From IMG/VR virus record IMGVR_UViG_3300005541_000285: a DNA stretch of 27,292 nucleotides; one strand, given 5' to 3'. Positions 1 through 8,923 of this stretch are shown here, piece by piece. Under the pieces are notes generated by a model. That model worked only from the letters and a program-made list of their open reading frames with translations. It had not been told where the DNA came from and did no database searches. The DNA is from a virus. Lineage: Duplodnaviria; Caudoviricetes. Position 1 is the stretch's first letter; each line of letters opens with the position of its first letter. A program made the position numbers and the translations under genes.

Positions 1-237
1 CTACAGCGCCGGTGTCTGCCCTAGCGAATAGACTGCGTACAATACCAACGTTGAAGCGGCCGCGTCCGGATTGTCCGGGGTCGGCAGCGTCAGCGGCACA
101 TCCCAGCTCGCCGGCAAACCCAAGGCTGCACGCGTAAGGGGCGTCAGTGCGATGATCGCGGCTACCGGCGCCGGCAACCCTACCGTGTTGCGCGGAAGAT
201 AGACCAATGAAAAAATCCCGCCATTCGCATCGACCAT
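1..237 (-). CDS. Small hypothetical protein after the tail fibre gene (78 aa, MVDANGGIFSLVYLP...)
   Basis: C-terminal part of ORF 1..459. ATG at 237 is preceded by AGGAG. The upstream part of the ORF overlaps the fibre gene in another frame. Stop TAG at 1-3. Confidence 0.6.
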   Translation of the reverse strand: MVDANGGIFSLVYLPRNTVGLPAPVAAIIALTPLTRAALGLPASWDVPLTLPTPDNPDAAASTLVLYAVYSLGQTPAL

Positions 238-254
238 TAATCCAGCTCCTGTAG

Positions 255-857
255 CTAAAAGCCCACCGCGATCCAGTAAAAGCCGGTGAGACCGGCCTTC
301 GTTCCGCTCGCCACCGCGACCGTGCCGCTGCCATCCCAGTCGGAGAAAAAGCTGATTGAATTTCTGCCCAGCGGCGTTACCGTCTCGAGCGCCAACGCCG
401 AATTTATCAGTGCCCCATCGCCCGCCGTATTGTTCGTAGCGTAAAACCCGCCCGCCCACTCATTGGCGTTGCTGAAAGCGCTCGGCAGCGTCACGGTGAA
501 GACCGCGTTCTCGACGCCACCTCCGGCCAACCCGGCAAATGAATAAAATCCCCATTGGATTATCATTTGTATCTGCCCGCGGCTGACGTCGGCAAAGGGC
601 ACGGCAATATAGCCATTCTGACCCATCGAGCCGCTGAACAGCGCCTCGAAGGCCTGTAGAAGCCCGATATTCGCTATATTTGTGTCCTGCCGTCCCTTTA
701 TGTACGAGGTCCGATTAGCCAACTGCTGATGAGGCTGATTACTCAGACCGATTCCGCCGAAACCCGCGCCGACCGCCGCTCCCTCCACCGCATCGGTCTG
801 CTGAATCTCATAAATCTCATTCGCACTGAACTCCGGACTATCGATTAATGTCGCCAT
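255..857 (-). CDS. Short tail fibre / receptor-binding protein with gp53-like C-terminal domain
   Basis: N-terminus IYEIQQTDAVEG...GLSNQPHQQLANRTSYIK is a typical myophage fibre N-terminus. C-terminus has GYI...IIQWG...VTLPSAF...FYWIAVGF. Lies downstream of baseplate J/I. Confidence 0.75.
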   Translation of the reverse strand: MATLIDSPEFSANEIYEIQQTDAVEGAAVGAGFGGIGLSNQPHQQLANRTSYIKGRQDTNIANIGLLQAFEALFSGSMGQNGYIAVPFADVSRGQIQMIIQWGFYSFAGLAGGGVENAVFTVTLPSAFSNANEWAGGFYATNNTAGDGALINSALALETVTPLGRNSISFFSDWDGSGTVAVASGTKAGLTGFYWIAVGF

Positions 858-870
858 CGCCGCGCACCGC

Positions 871-1515
871 CTAGAAGGTTAGCGTCCACGTTCCTGAATA
901 GTTGCCCGCGCCCGTGTACCCGAAGGCCGGCACGCTCACGTGCGCGATCAGTGGTCCCGGCGCCTGATGAAACGCCACCAATGTCCAGGTCACGCTGCCG
1001 TCCGTCGTCGTCCCGTTCAGCGTCGTTGACCATCCGGGCGCAGCGCCACCCGTCGTCCCGCTGATCGTGCAGCGCTGCACATTACCGTCACCATCCACCA
1101 GCAGGTTGCCCACCACCTTGGCCGCTCCCGCCGTCCATGACGGATTTGAACTCCCCTGCACGGCGGGCAATGCCACATTTGCCGAGTTCGCAAACAATCC
1201 CAGTTCCTGAATCGTCACGCCGTTCGCGCCGTAATCGGTCGTCAGCAATGAGTAGTTGAACTCAACGCTCCCACTGGATGGAAAGGTGTGCGCCCCGACG
1301 CCGTTATAGTAAGCCGGGGCCGCCGCTAGTCCGGTGTCGGTTACCGCCGGGGCCGTTGCCCCCGAGCCGAAGCCCACCGCACTGACGTACTGTCCGGAGG
1401 TGATTCCAGCCACCAGGTTCGCCAACGCCGGCAGCCCGGCATTGACGAAGATGTTGCTGCACTCCCAGATGATCCGTCGCCGCTCATATAAACGCACTAT
1501 TCCTGTTGGCCGCAT
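871..1515 (-). CDS. Tail collar/fibre-attachment-like protein with inserted Trp/Thr-rich putative carbohydrate-binding module
   Basis: NIFVNAG...AVGFGSGATAPAVTDTGL...IQELGLF...WTLTF pattern of collar-type proteins. Position between gpI and the fibre. Confidence 0.65.
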   Translation of the reverse strand: MRPTGIVRLYERRRIIWECSNIFVNAGLPALANLVAGITSGQYVSAVGFGSGATAPAVTDTGLAAAPAYYNGVGAHTFPSSGSVEFNYSLLTTDYGANGVTIQELGLFANSANVALPAVQGSSNPSWTAGAAKVVGNLLVDGDGNVQRCTISGTTGGAAPGWSTTLNGTTTDGSVTWTLVAFHQAPGPLIAHVSVPAFGYTGAGNYSGTWTLTF

Positions 1516-1625
1516 AACTTTCCTCGATTCCCTCGCATATCTGCGACACGCGCCGCACTGCTATCTCACTAAGCGATGCCCGACTGCTGCCGGCAATCGC
1601 TCATCGCCTTCCTGTTTCTCCACGC

Positions 1626-2459
1626 TTAGCCATTCGCCGAGATTGCCGCGCCCTGCACCACGACTCCCGAGTCCGCAACCACAGGCTCATTCGCCCCATA
1701 AGTAATTCCGGCATGATAGAAGTGTTTGGCGTAGGTCGGCATTATCGACTTGCTGTCGGCGACCGGCCATGCCATCGCGCTAATCTGATCCGTCGGCGCA
1801 GGCGCGTTGTCATTCTGCTTGAAAATGCTCACGACGGTATCCAGCGGGACCGGCGTGAAATCCTTCACTCCCGCCAGATTCAACCAGAGCGAATCCAAAT
1901 ACGCCCGCACAGGCTTGAAGAAATTCACCGCCGCGATAATCCGGGCCGGATCACCCGCGCCCACCGGCTGATTAATCTGATTGATTACGACGCGAAAGAC
2001 CGCCCAGCCCTCGCTCGTCGGATATTGCGATCCGCCCCAGCTCGCCTGCCCTTCCTGCAGCGTAACCTCATTCCAGCCAAGCGCCGCCAATGCAGTCTTT
2101 ATCGCGTAGGGTGTCCCTCGTGTTCGATGAAGTGGAATCGCCGCGCCGAGCAGCGTGCGCAACGACGTATAATCCGATACTCCCGCCGCATCCGCGGTTG
2201 AACTCAGTGTATCGATGTCAGTCAGCGAGTCGATATCCGTCAGCGCATCGATTGATTCACCACTGCTCGATCCCAGTTGCCATTGCGGCGCCAGCATGTC
2301 GAACTGCCACGCCAGCAACAGCAAACTGCTGTCAGGCGCCGAGTCCAGCCGATACACGAGCGTCGGGCTCAGATCGAGCGCTCCCAGCCGCTGCGTCAGT
2401 TGCAACAGCGCCTGGCCACGCACGTCATTGATCGACGGTTGAACGGTTAGGGATGCCAT
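1626..2459 (-). CDS. Phage tail protein I (P2 gpI-like baseplate wedge)
   Basis: LLLLAWQFD, AIPLHRTRGTPYAIKTAL and FFKPVRAYL motifs. Follows gpJ. Confidence 0.85.
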   Translation of the reverse strand: MASLTVQPSINDVRGQALLQLTQRLGALDLSPTLVYRLDSAPDSSLLLLAWQFDMLAPQWQLGSSSGESIDALTDIDSLTDIDTLSSTADAAGVSDYTSLRTLLGAAIPLHRTRGTPYAIKTALAALGWNEVTLQEGQASWGGSQYPTSEGWAVFRVVINQINQPVGAGDPARIIAAVNFFKPVRAYLDSLWLNLAGVKDFTPVPLDTVVSIFKQNDNAPAPTDQISAMAWPVADSKSIMPTYAKHFYHAGITYGANEPVVADSGVVVQGAAISANG

Positions 2460-2464
2460 CGGCT

Positions 2465-3634
2465 TCAGCTATGGATTGGCCCGGTTGCCTGCGACAAAGC
2501 AATTGACGTGCAATTCGCCCACTGTCCGGCCGATAGCGGCGTATATGACGGCGAAGTGAGCGTAACCTCATACACCCCTGACACCGATACTGCCTCGATT
2601 ATCTGACTCGGCACGATGTCCCGCTGAATCCGCGAGGCCAGCGCTACTGCAAACGCTTGCACCGCGGCGCTAGCGGCCGCCATAGTCGCCACCGGATCAG
2701 CGTCAGTGTACAGCGTTAGCGTCCCAGCAATCTTATAATCAACTTCCGCCACCGGCAGCACATTAACCGTGTCAGTCAGCGGTCTTACGCTGTCGGCGCT
2801 CAGCGCGCTGAGCACGTTGCTTAGTAGAGTCCCGCCCGCTATGCCGGCATTGTTCGGCGCTGGCGCGGGTTGAGTATTGATCGGGCCTGTCAGTACAAAC
2901 ACTGTCACCTGGCCCGGCGCTGGGGAAACGACTTGTGCGTCGATTATCGCGGGGTCGGCCCCTAGCGCGAAAAATCGATACGCCCCCTCCGGACCTGCCA
3001 CGCTGAATTCGTTCGGCGCCGCCTGAATCCGCGTCCGCAAGTGATCGTCAGTCTCCGGCGCCGAGCCTCCGCTACTGACGGCAGTGTTGGCGACCGACGC
3101 GATTAGCACGCTCGGATTCAGCTGGATGCTGATTTGCCCGGCCAAATACCCATTCGCGCCCGAACCAGTCGCTGTCGCCGTCGCCGCGACGTTGCCGCTC
3201 GATTGGCCGGCCGCGATCGTCATTGCCTGGTCAGTCGTAAATGTATACTGTCCGTCCGAGCTTCCCACCGGCGTACCCGCTGGCACCGTGTAGGATACCG
3301 GTAGCGTTGCCGCTAGCGTAAATTGCAGCGTCGTCACCGCGCTCTGCGCCGTCAGACGCGTGACGCCCAACAATTGACCCAGGTAATCGATCATCGGAAA
3401 CGTTGCGTAGGCCAGCAGATTCTGTTGCCCCGCATACTGTATCGCGTTGCGCACCAGCGACTCGCGATACGCGTATAGATTGATCAGCAGACGCTCCACC
3501 TGCGCCGGCTGTAATGTCCGGCCCGCTGCCGTCTCGAACTCGGCAATCATGTCCGCCAAGATCAAGTTGGGATCGAGGCCGTCGGCATCGTTGACGAACA
3601 CCGGCGGCGGTAGGGTTGGAATAGCCGCTCCCAT
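2465..3634 (-). CDS. Baseplate J/gp47 family protein
   Basis: GGSAPETDDHLRTRIQAAPNEFSVAGPEGAYRFFA and VRPLTDTVNV motifs. Confidence 0.92.
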   Translation of the reverse strand: MGAAIPTLPPPVFVNDADGLDPNLILADMIAEFETAAGRTLQPAQVERLLINLYAYRESLVRNAIQYAGQQNLLAYATFPMIDYLGQLLGVTRLTAQSAVTTLQFTLAATLPVSYTVPAGTPVGSSDGQYTFTTDQAMTIAAGQSSGNVAATATATGSGANGYLAGQISIQLNPSVLIASVANTAVSSGGSAPETDDHLRTRIQAAPNEFSVAGPEGAYRFFALGADPAIIDAQVVSPAPGQVTVFVLTGPINTQPAPAPNNAGIAGGTLLSNVLSALSADSVRPLTDTVNVLPVAEVDYKIAGTLTLYTDADPVATMAAASAAVQAFAVALASRIQRDIVPSQIIEAVSVSGVYEVTLTSPSYTPLSAGQWANCTSIALSQATGPIHS

Positions 3635-3699
3635 CAGAGCCTGCTCCTCTTATCGATTGTTTCTGCGTCCACGATGCCTACAACTCATCGCGCGCCTGT

Positions 3700-4167
3700 T
3701 TAAAAACCTTGCGCCGCGGGAATTATGTTTACTTGGGTCACCTGTGGCGCGTTGGTAATGCTTCCCGCGCTTCCCTGCGCGCCCAGTTTTAGTCGCCAGG
3801 TTGCAGCCACACTTAAATGAGCGCCTGATTGCGTCGACCCGCCGACCACTGGCGCCACGGTTACCCCAATCAACTCAATTCGGGGCTCCCAGCGGATGAT
3901 CGCTTCAGTTACCTCCCGCACAATCGCCGCAGTGGCTACGTTGATTGGATAATCCACATATTTCCATAAATCGATGGCGAATGTCGGGCGTAATGGGTCT
4001 GATCCCTTCGGTGTCGTTAGAATTATCTGGACGCACTGATTAACATCCTGCAGCGCCTGAACGACGTTTCCGATCCCGGCGCCCGCTGCGCCGCCCGCGG
4101 TCGAGTCCAGCATCAAGGACCAGTCCGCCGAAGTGATATCCCCGAGAGTAATTGCGCCGGCGGGCAT
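3700..4167 (-). CDS. Baseplate wedge gpW/gp25 family protein
   Basis: QCVQIILTTPKGSDPLRPTF...EAIIRWEPRI motif. Confidence 0.9.
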   Translation of the reverse strand: MPAGAITLGDITSADWSLMLDSTAGGAAGAGIGNVVQALQDVNQCVQIILTTPKGSDPLRPTFAIDLWKYVDYPINVATAAIVREVTEAIIRWEPRIELIGVTVAPVVGGSTQSGAHLSVAATWRLKLGAQGSAGSITNAPQVTQVNIIPAAQGF

Positions 4168-4206
4168 TTATCGAGCTGCTCCTGGTTGCATACTCTTCAA
4201 TCTCAC

Positions 4207-4746
4207 CTATTCGGACAGTACTTTCACGCTCGCGCTGGTTATCGTTCCCGTCCCGGCAGGACAGGTCACCGAATCCCCCAGGCGCGCCACGCCTCTTAGT
4301 GGTGCGGTCCCTAGATTAATCAACCTCTGGGCAACCACGTTAACGTTGCCTGCGGCGTCGATGTTGATCTCCGCGCCGCTCGCCGTTACGTTTACAGTAC
4401 CCCCTGAAGGAAGCGTGATCGCCAACGCGTGCTGCGAACGATCATACTCGAAGGCCGCCCCGTCCTTGGCGCTCCAATGCAATTTGTCCGCGGTCATGCC
4501 TGGCGGTGGGGTATCCACCGTCGAATAGATCGCGCCCAGAACCGCCCCGTCTTCATCAAATTCATCCATCAAGCACACGACCTGCTCTCCGATGTCCGGA
4601 AGGAAATAGCCCTTATCACTTTGGCTCTTTAACACCATCACAGGCAGCCACCAGCTCTGCATTTGGTCGCGATCCGGAAACGTCACTCGCACGCGGCATC
4701 CCGCAGCATCCTGCGCCTGCACTATTCCAACGCGAAACGCGCTCAT
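4207..4746 (-). CDS. Baseplate spike protein V
   Basis: Start reassigned to ATG at 4746 (MSAFRVGIV), which has a GAGAGGGG RBS. Motifs RVRVTFPD...SWWLPV...LPDIGEQVVCL...GAVLGAIYS and DGAAFEYDR. Confidence 0.9.
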   Translation of the reverse strand: MSAFRVGIVQAQDAAGCRVRVTFPDRDQMQSWWLPVMVLKSQSDKGYFLPDIGEQVVCLMDEFDEDGAVLGAIYSTVDTPPPGMTADKLHWSAKDGAAFEYDRSQHALAITLPSGGTVNVTASGAEINIDAAGNVNVVAQRLINLGTAPLRGVARLGDSVTCPAGTGTITSASVKVLSE

Positions 4747-4784
4747 GTTGAGCCCCTCTCGGCCGTCCTTCGCCACTCTCGAAT

Positions 4785-5813
4785 TCACCCCGTCGACGCG
4801 ACAGAACTGCGTAACTGTCTCGCGGACACCTCGGTTGTATAGCCACTCGACCGGGTCAACCGATGGCGCGCCAACTCGATAAGGTAGTTTCCGTCGTTCA
4901 CGCCAAACCCCGTAAGGGTGATTACGTTCCCGGCAACCAACGTCGTCGACCCTGGCGCTTTCAACCTCGCAGTCCGCTGCTTCGCGTTCATATCGTGCAA
5001 CACGCTCTGTGCTTTGAGAAGTGCCTGTTCGATGGTCTCGCAACGCGCGACCATCTTGACTGTGTCGCCGGTCGGCGCTTGCATCGCTGACGTTACGCTT
5101 TGCGTTATCAGTTCCTTGGTGTACGGCTGCTGATAACTCACCTGTGCATCTTTGAAAATTTCATGTGTCTTGTTCGTAAAGCCGAATGTCAACAAGTCCG
5201 AGCGCCCTAATACCATCGCGGGCGTACTGCTTTCTAAAGTAGAGATCGCGTAAAATACCATTTGCGTTCCGCGTACCGTGAACTCATAACCTTGGGCTTT
5301 GGCGAGACGTCGCAAAAACTCCAGATCCGTCTCTTGTCTCTGCGTTATGCGCTCGAACGCAACGTTGAGCGAATTATCGGCCCCAATTACACTTAGGGAG
5401 TACTTGCTGGCGATCGTAGCCGCTATCTCGGGCAGCGTTTGGTCTTCGTATCCAAGGCTGTTCCGCGTGCGCGTCGCCGGCGTGATCCAGGCTTCCAAAC
5501 AGCGCATGTAAACACTGTCCGGCGGGCCGCTGAGCTCCACTTCATCTACCTCGAAGTCCCCGCAGGGCAGCAGGACGTCCCGTTCGTATCCTAGGAGCAG
5601 GGTCAACCGATCACCCAGTTGCGGAGACCACGGTCCTTGCCACAACTTTTGGTGATCCTCGAGCGTGACTTCAATCTCGCTCGCCGCGCCTTCTAACCGG
5701 TCTTCATAGGTAATTCCGGTGACCATCGACGAAATGTCCGCCGTGATGTTGACGCCTTGATAGGTTAATACCCATTGCGGCGCTCTTACCGCATACCCGA
5801 GTGCAGCGCTCAT
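4785..5813 (-). CDS. Late control D / baseplate hub protein
   Basis: ITYEDRLEGAASEIEVTLED, GEFEVDE-like CGDFEVDEVELSGPP, RITQRQETDLEFLRRLA and GNYLIELARHRL...GYTTEV motifs. Confidence 0.9.
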   Translation of the reverse strand: MSAALGYAVRAPQWVLTYQGVNITADISSMVTGITYEDRLEGAASEIEVTLEDHQKLWQGPWSPQLGDRLTLLLGYERDVLLPCGDFEVDEVELSGPPDSVYMRCLEAWITPATRTRNSLGYEDQTLPEIAATIASKYSLSVIGADNSLNVAFERITQRQETDLEFLRRLAKAQGYEFTVRGTQMVFYAISTLESSTPAMVLGRSDLLTFGFTNKTHEIFKDAQVSYQQPYTKELITQSVTSAMQAPTGDTVKMVARCETIEQALLKAQSVLHDMNAKQRTARLKAPGSTTLVAGNVITLTGFGVNDGNYLIELARHRLTRSSGYTTEVSARQLRSSVASTG

Positions 5814-5860
5814 TCAAGTTCTCTAGCCAGGAGACCGTTGCATTCTGCCGCCTAGCCGCA

Positions 5861-6085
5861 TCACAATGCGGGCTTCCAGGGCGGCAAATTCGCGGTCTGA
5901 GCTTGGCTTACCTGCAGAAGTGGAATTGCCAGAATTATTCCGGAATCAAAGACTGCGGATATTGGGACTTGCGGATTCGCCATAATTATCGAAGTGTACA
6001 ATGTTGGGTCGCCGTAATATGCCCACGCCAGCAAATCCCACCGCTCACCCGCGAGGGTCGTGTGGCTTATGTACTGCGATGCCAT
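5861..6085 (-). CDS. Tail protein X (LysM-like)
   Basis: GERWDLLAWAYYGDP...IIMANP...LPPWK motif. Confidence 0.9.
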   Translation of the reverse strand: MASQYISHTTLAGERWDLLAWAYYGDPTLYTSIIMANPQVPISAVFDSGIILAIPLLQVSQAQTANLPPWKPAL

Positions 6086-6097
6086 TTGACCTGACTT

Positions 6098-6754
6098 CTA
6101 GGTTGCTGCGCGCACAATTGCGCTCGCAAGAATGTCCGACGGCATACTCTGGGAAATCACGGGAGCAGTGCTCGGATTAGCCAACAATGGTGACACCCCA
6201 ACTGTTGCGAACGAAGGAGCTAGGTAGGCAGTAGCGGTGGTAGGGCTTTGTGAGGACACTCCGGAAGGCATGCTGTAGCCAATTGCGCCGGTTACGCCTC
6301 CCACCGGAGCGGGCACTACTGCGATTGGCGCGAACGAGGGTAACGGCAGCAAAGTCGGGTTCAGCTCGCTGGTGAGTGCCCACTGTTTCAGATCCACTCG
6401 AACAGTGGCTGACAACATGTCGCCCTGATCACTCATTTGCTTTGCAACTATTTCGAGTGTGGTAATTACGAAATACCCTCGGTGATCACCGTTGCCAAAC
6501 ACTAAAGCACGCGCCTGATGGTCGGCCGCCGCGGTTTCCAGAGCCGCGATCTGCACCGTCGGATTGCTGAATGAGGTATGAAACAGCATCTCGAGACTGA
6601 TTGCTTCGAGCCCGTACCCAATCCATTGCAGTCTCGGCAAATCTTCAATTACCCGCTGCTCGACATAGTTCCAGTGTTGCGCGCGCACCAACCTATTTGG
6701 TGCAGTCAGCGTCGCAAATACGATTTCGCCTAACACTGCGAGCATGACACCCAT
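6098..6754 (-). CDS. P2 gpU-like tail protein with Pro/Ser/Thr-rich C-terminal extension
   Basis: LAVLGEIVF...PRLQWIG...LVFGNGDHRGYFVIT...VDLKQW motif. Lies upstream of X and D. Confidence 0.85.
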   Translation of the reverse strand: MGVMLAVLGEIVFATLTAPNRLVRAQHWNYVEQRVIEDLPRLQWIGYGLEAISLEMLFHTSFSNPTVQIAALETAAADHQARALVFGNGDHRGYFVITTLEIVAKQMSDQGDMLSATVRVDLKQWALTSELNPTLLPLPSFAPIAVVPAPVGGVTGAIGYSMPSGVSSQSPTTATAYLAPSFATVGVSPLLANPSTAPVISQSMPSDILASAIVRAAT

Positions 6755-6808
6755 TCACCTCTTGAAGGCTTTGCTTCGCGCGTGCTCATTGAGCTTATTC
6801 ACGTCGCC

Positions 6809-8023
6809 TTAAAAGCTTGAGCGGTTTTGTTTCGCCGCTTCGCGCCTGAGCAGATCACTCAGTTCGTACGCATGCTCGCTCATTATTCTTAAGATTCGCT
6901 GCTCAAGTCCGCCGGAGCTTTCGTCACTGTGGACGACCACCGTGGGCGAGTAATTGACGATTTGGCCTTCAGCGGCCGCGACTTTTCCGCCCCGGTCGGC
7001 TCGTGCTGCACCTCTGATTTCCTCGACCGATCCTCGGGATCTCGTTAACGGAACAGTCGCCATCGCAGCTTTACGTAATGTCACCACAGTGTTGGTTAAG
7101 GTATGGCCTTTCTTATCATGGCCGACCGTGCCGTTCGACGACGACGAGGGTTGCGCCAAAGAAACGAGCGGTACACTTATCGACTTTAATTCGAGTACTC
7201 GGTTCCGCGCTAGCGCGACCAAGGAGCGCAATGTCGGCCCTCGGCCATTTTGCATCACGAGGCCGAGTTGCGACGTTTGAGTCATCGTCGTTGCTTGATC
7301 GTCGCGGCCGCCAAGAGCGCGCGCCCCAGTCAACCTCTTTAGTCGGGCAACCTTCACAGATAGCGAGGCAGAAGTGGGTGTTTTCAGCTCGAGAACGCTC
7401 CCTCCAGGTCGCGTTGTGGAGTCGCGGCTATTGCGAGTGTTCAGCCTGCTCAAGACTGCACGAATTCCGCGATTCATTGTTCCGGCAACTGAGTGCAGCG
7501 GTCGCCGGATCGCTGCGAGGGTCGCGATCGATGTCTGCAGCGATCGCATTCCCGCTTGAGCAATACTTTCGTTGTCTACTGCGAGCGGCACGAGTAGAGC
7601 ATTTAAGTTTCGTGTGTCTAGGGTGAGCCCGACGCTATTCGCCACACGCGTGTTTGAAGCGGGGTTGGACGCTAGACTCTGATCACTGCTGCCGTGTGAC
7701 GCATCTGTTCGGGCTGAGAACAACCAGCGTCTCAACCAGTTCATTCGTGCTCCCGCGCCTTTGCCGGCACTGGCTTTAAGCTGAGCAATCATTGACAGCT
7801 TGCCTGAAGGATTGAGTCTAGGCCCGGGTTTGGCTTGCTCTCGAGCAAACGCAGAGTCGGGCTCGTTTGTGCCAACTGCGGCGAACGGAATAACTAGCTT
7901 CCAAAAGGCCCGCGACCCGCGGACCGCTGCCTGGGTCCTCTCTAACACCCGACTCGTACGAGTCAGCTGCGCTTCAAGCCTCCCCATTCGCGGTTGGTCC
8001 CTCTCTATAGAGTCAAAGCTCAT
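6809..8023 (-). CDS. Atypical or degenerate tape-measure-position protein
   Basis: Occupies the tape measure slot between chaperone and gpU. The C-terminus IVNYSPTVVV...ILRIMSEHAYELSDLLRREAAKQNRSSF resembles tape measure C-termini. The rest lacks typical tape measure features. Confidence 0.55.
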   Translation of the reverse strand: MSFDSIERDQPRMGRLEAQLTRTSRVLERTQAAVRGSRAFWKLVIPFAAVGTNEPDSAFAREQAKPGPRLNPSGKLSMIAQLKASAGKGAGARMNWLRRWLFSARTDASHGSSDQSLASNPASNTRVANSVGLTLDTRNLNALLVPLAVDNESIAQAGMRSLQTSIATLAAIRRPLHSVAGTMNRGIRAVLSRLNTRNSRDSTTRPGGSVLELKTPTSASLSVKVARLKRLTGARALGGRDDQATTMTQTSQLGLVMQNGRGPTLRSLVALARNRVLELKSISVPLVSLAQPSSSSNGTVGHDKKGHTLTNTVVTLRKAAMATVPLTRSRGSVEEIRGAARADRGGKVAAAEGQIVNYSPTVVVHSDESSGGLEQRILRIMSEHAYELSDLLRREAAKQNRSSF

Positions 8024-8338
8024 GCTGGCGTACTCTCTTCTCGGCCATCGAACGGCTTCGCATTCTTTGTCAGCCGGAACACCCGGTCTTTTTTAGTTCG
8101 CGAAACGACCGACGTGTGGCGCCGTGATCGGATGCCTTAAGCCTTTGTCATTCGCCTCAGCGGATGCTTCTTCACTGTCTTCGCTAGTTGTCATTTCTGC
8201 GAAGCCTAGGTCACTCGAAGATCCACTTCCTTGTGCTTGCCCGCGCAAACAACTTGAGCATTGCATATAGTCGATGTCGACATTGAGGTTCCTTTGAACG
8301 GAATGTGCTTGATTGTTCGAGTTTGCTCGCTCTCACCT

Positions 8339-8515
8339 TCAGTCTCTTTCTGCCGAGCGATCCAACTCTCGGCCGCGCTCGGCGATCTGCCACCAATAAG
8401 CTGCCTCGGTGAGACTCATTTTCTTCAACTCCGCGAGACAAAATCCAAATGCGATTAATTCTGCGATTGCTTCTGCGCTCAGGAGGCTGCGCTGGACGCT
8501 CCTGGCGCCGCCGGA
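8339..8515 (-). CDS. -1 frameshift extension of the tail chaperone (E'/T segment), giving a 145-aa fusion from start 8775
   Basis: Slippery A AAT TTT at 8521-8515. The -1 frame reads SGGARSVQRSLLSAEAIAELIAFGFCLAELKKMSLTEAAYWWQIAERGRELDRSAERD*, which resembles P2 GpE'. Not in the ORF track. Confidence 0.8.
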   Translation of the reverse strand, partial: SGGARSVQRSLLSAEAIAELIAFGFCLAELKKMSLTEAAYWWQIAERGRELDRSAERD

Positions 8516-8775
8516 AAATTTGCGCTCCGCTCTCCCTCCATCACCGCGGACTGCAATACGAGGCCGTCCTCAGCCGACAGCTCCAGCACATCTTCGTATA
8601 CAACACGCTTGCCATCGAGCACTATTACTTCCGCGATTAGGGCCGTTGCGATGATCATTGGTTCGCTGCTGAAACCCGTGGTCCGATGCGCCTGCAGCAG
8701 ATCTCGCACCTTCGCTTCACGCAGCGTCGCGCTGCGCCCGCTCGGCAGTGTTATGGTTTTTGTCTCCTCGTTCAT
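8479..8775 (-). CDS. Tail assembly chaperone (P2 E / lambda G equivalent)
   Basis: ITLPSGRSATLREAKVRDLLQA...EDVLELSAED pattern. Directly after the tube gene. AGGAAG/GGGAGG RBS. Confidence 0.8.
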   Translation of the reverse strand: MNEETKTITLPSGRSATLREAKVRDLLQAHRTTGFSSEPMIIATALIAEVIVLDGKRVVYEDVLELSAEDGLVLQSAVMEGERSANFPAAPGASSAAS

Positions 8776-8923
8776 TGCTTACTTCCTCCCTCATACTTGA
8801 CTTCTTTGACGCTGAATCCACGCCCGCTACAATGCGGTCGGAGTTCATCCAATCCGCGTTGTTGTCGCGTTTGGGACAACCCGCGTTTCGACGGGACTTT
8901 TGTGCTCTGGAGCCCGCGCGTCG

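Noticed and set aside
255-420. Fibre C-terminus as a DGR variable region or invertible segment
   Set aside because: No template repeat, reverse transcriptase or invertase is seen in the window.
4747-5043. N-terminal 99 aa of the ORF-track gpV call
   Set aside because: It overlaps gene D in another frame. The gpV motifs and an RBS begin at 4746.
8211-8441. 76-aa minus-strand ORF in the chaperone to tape-measure gap
   Set aside because: It overlaps the better-supported E' frame and has no motif or clear RBS.
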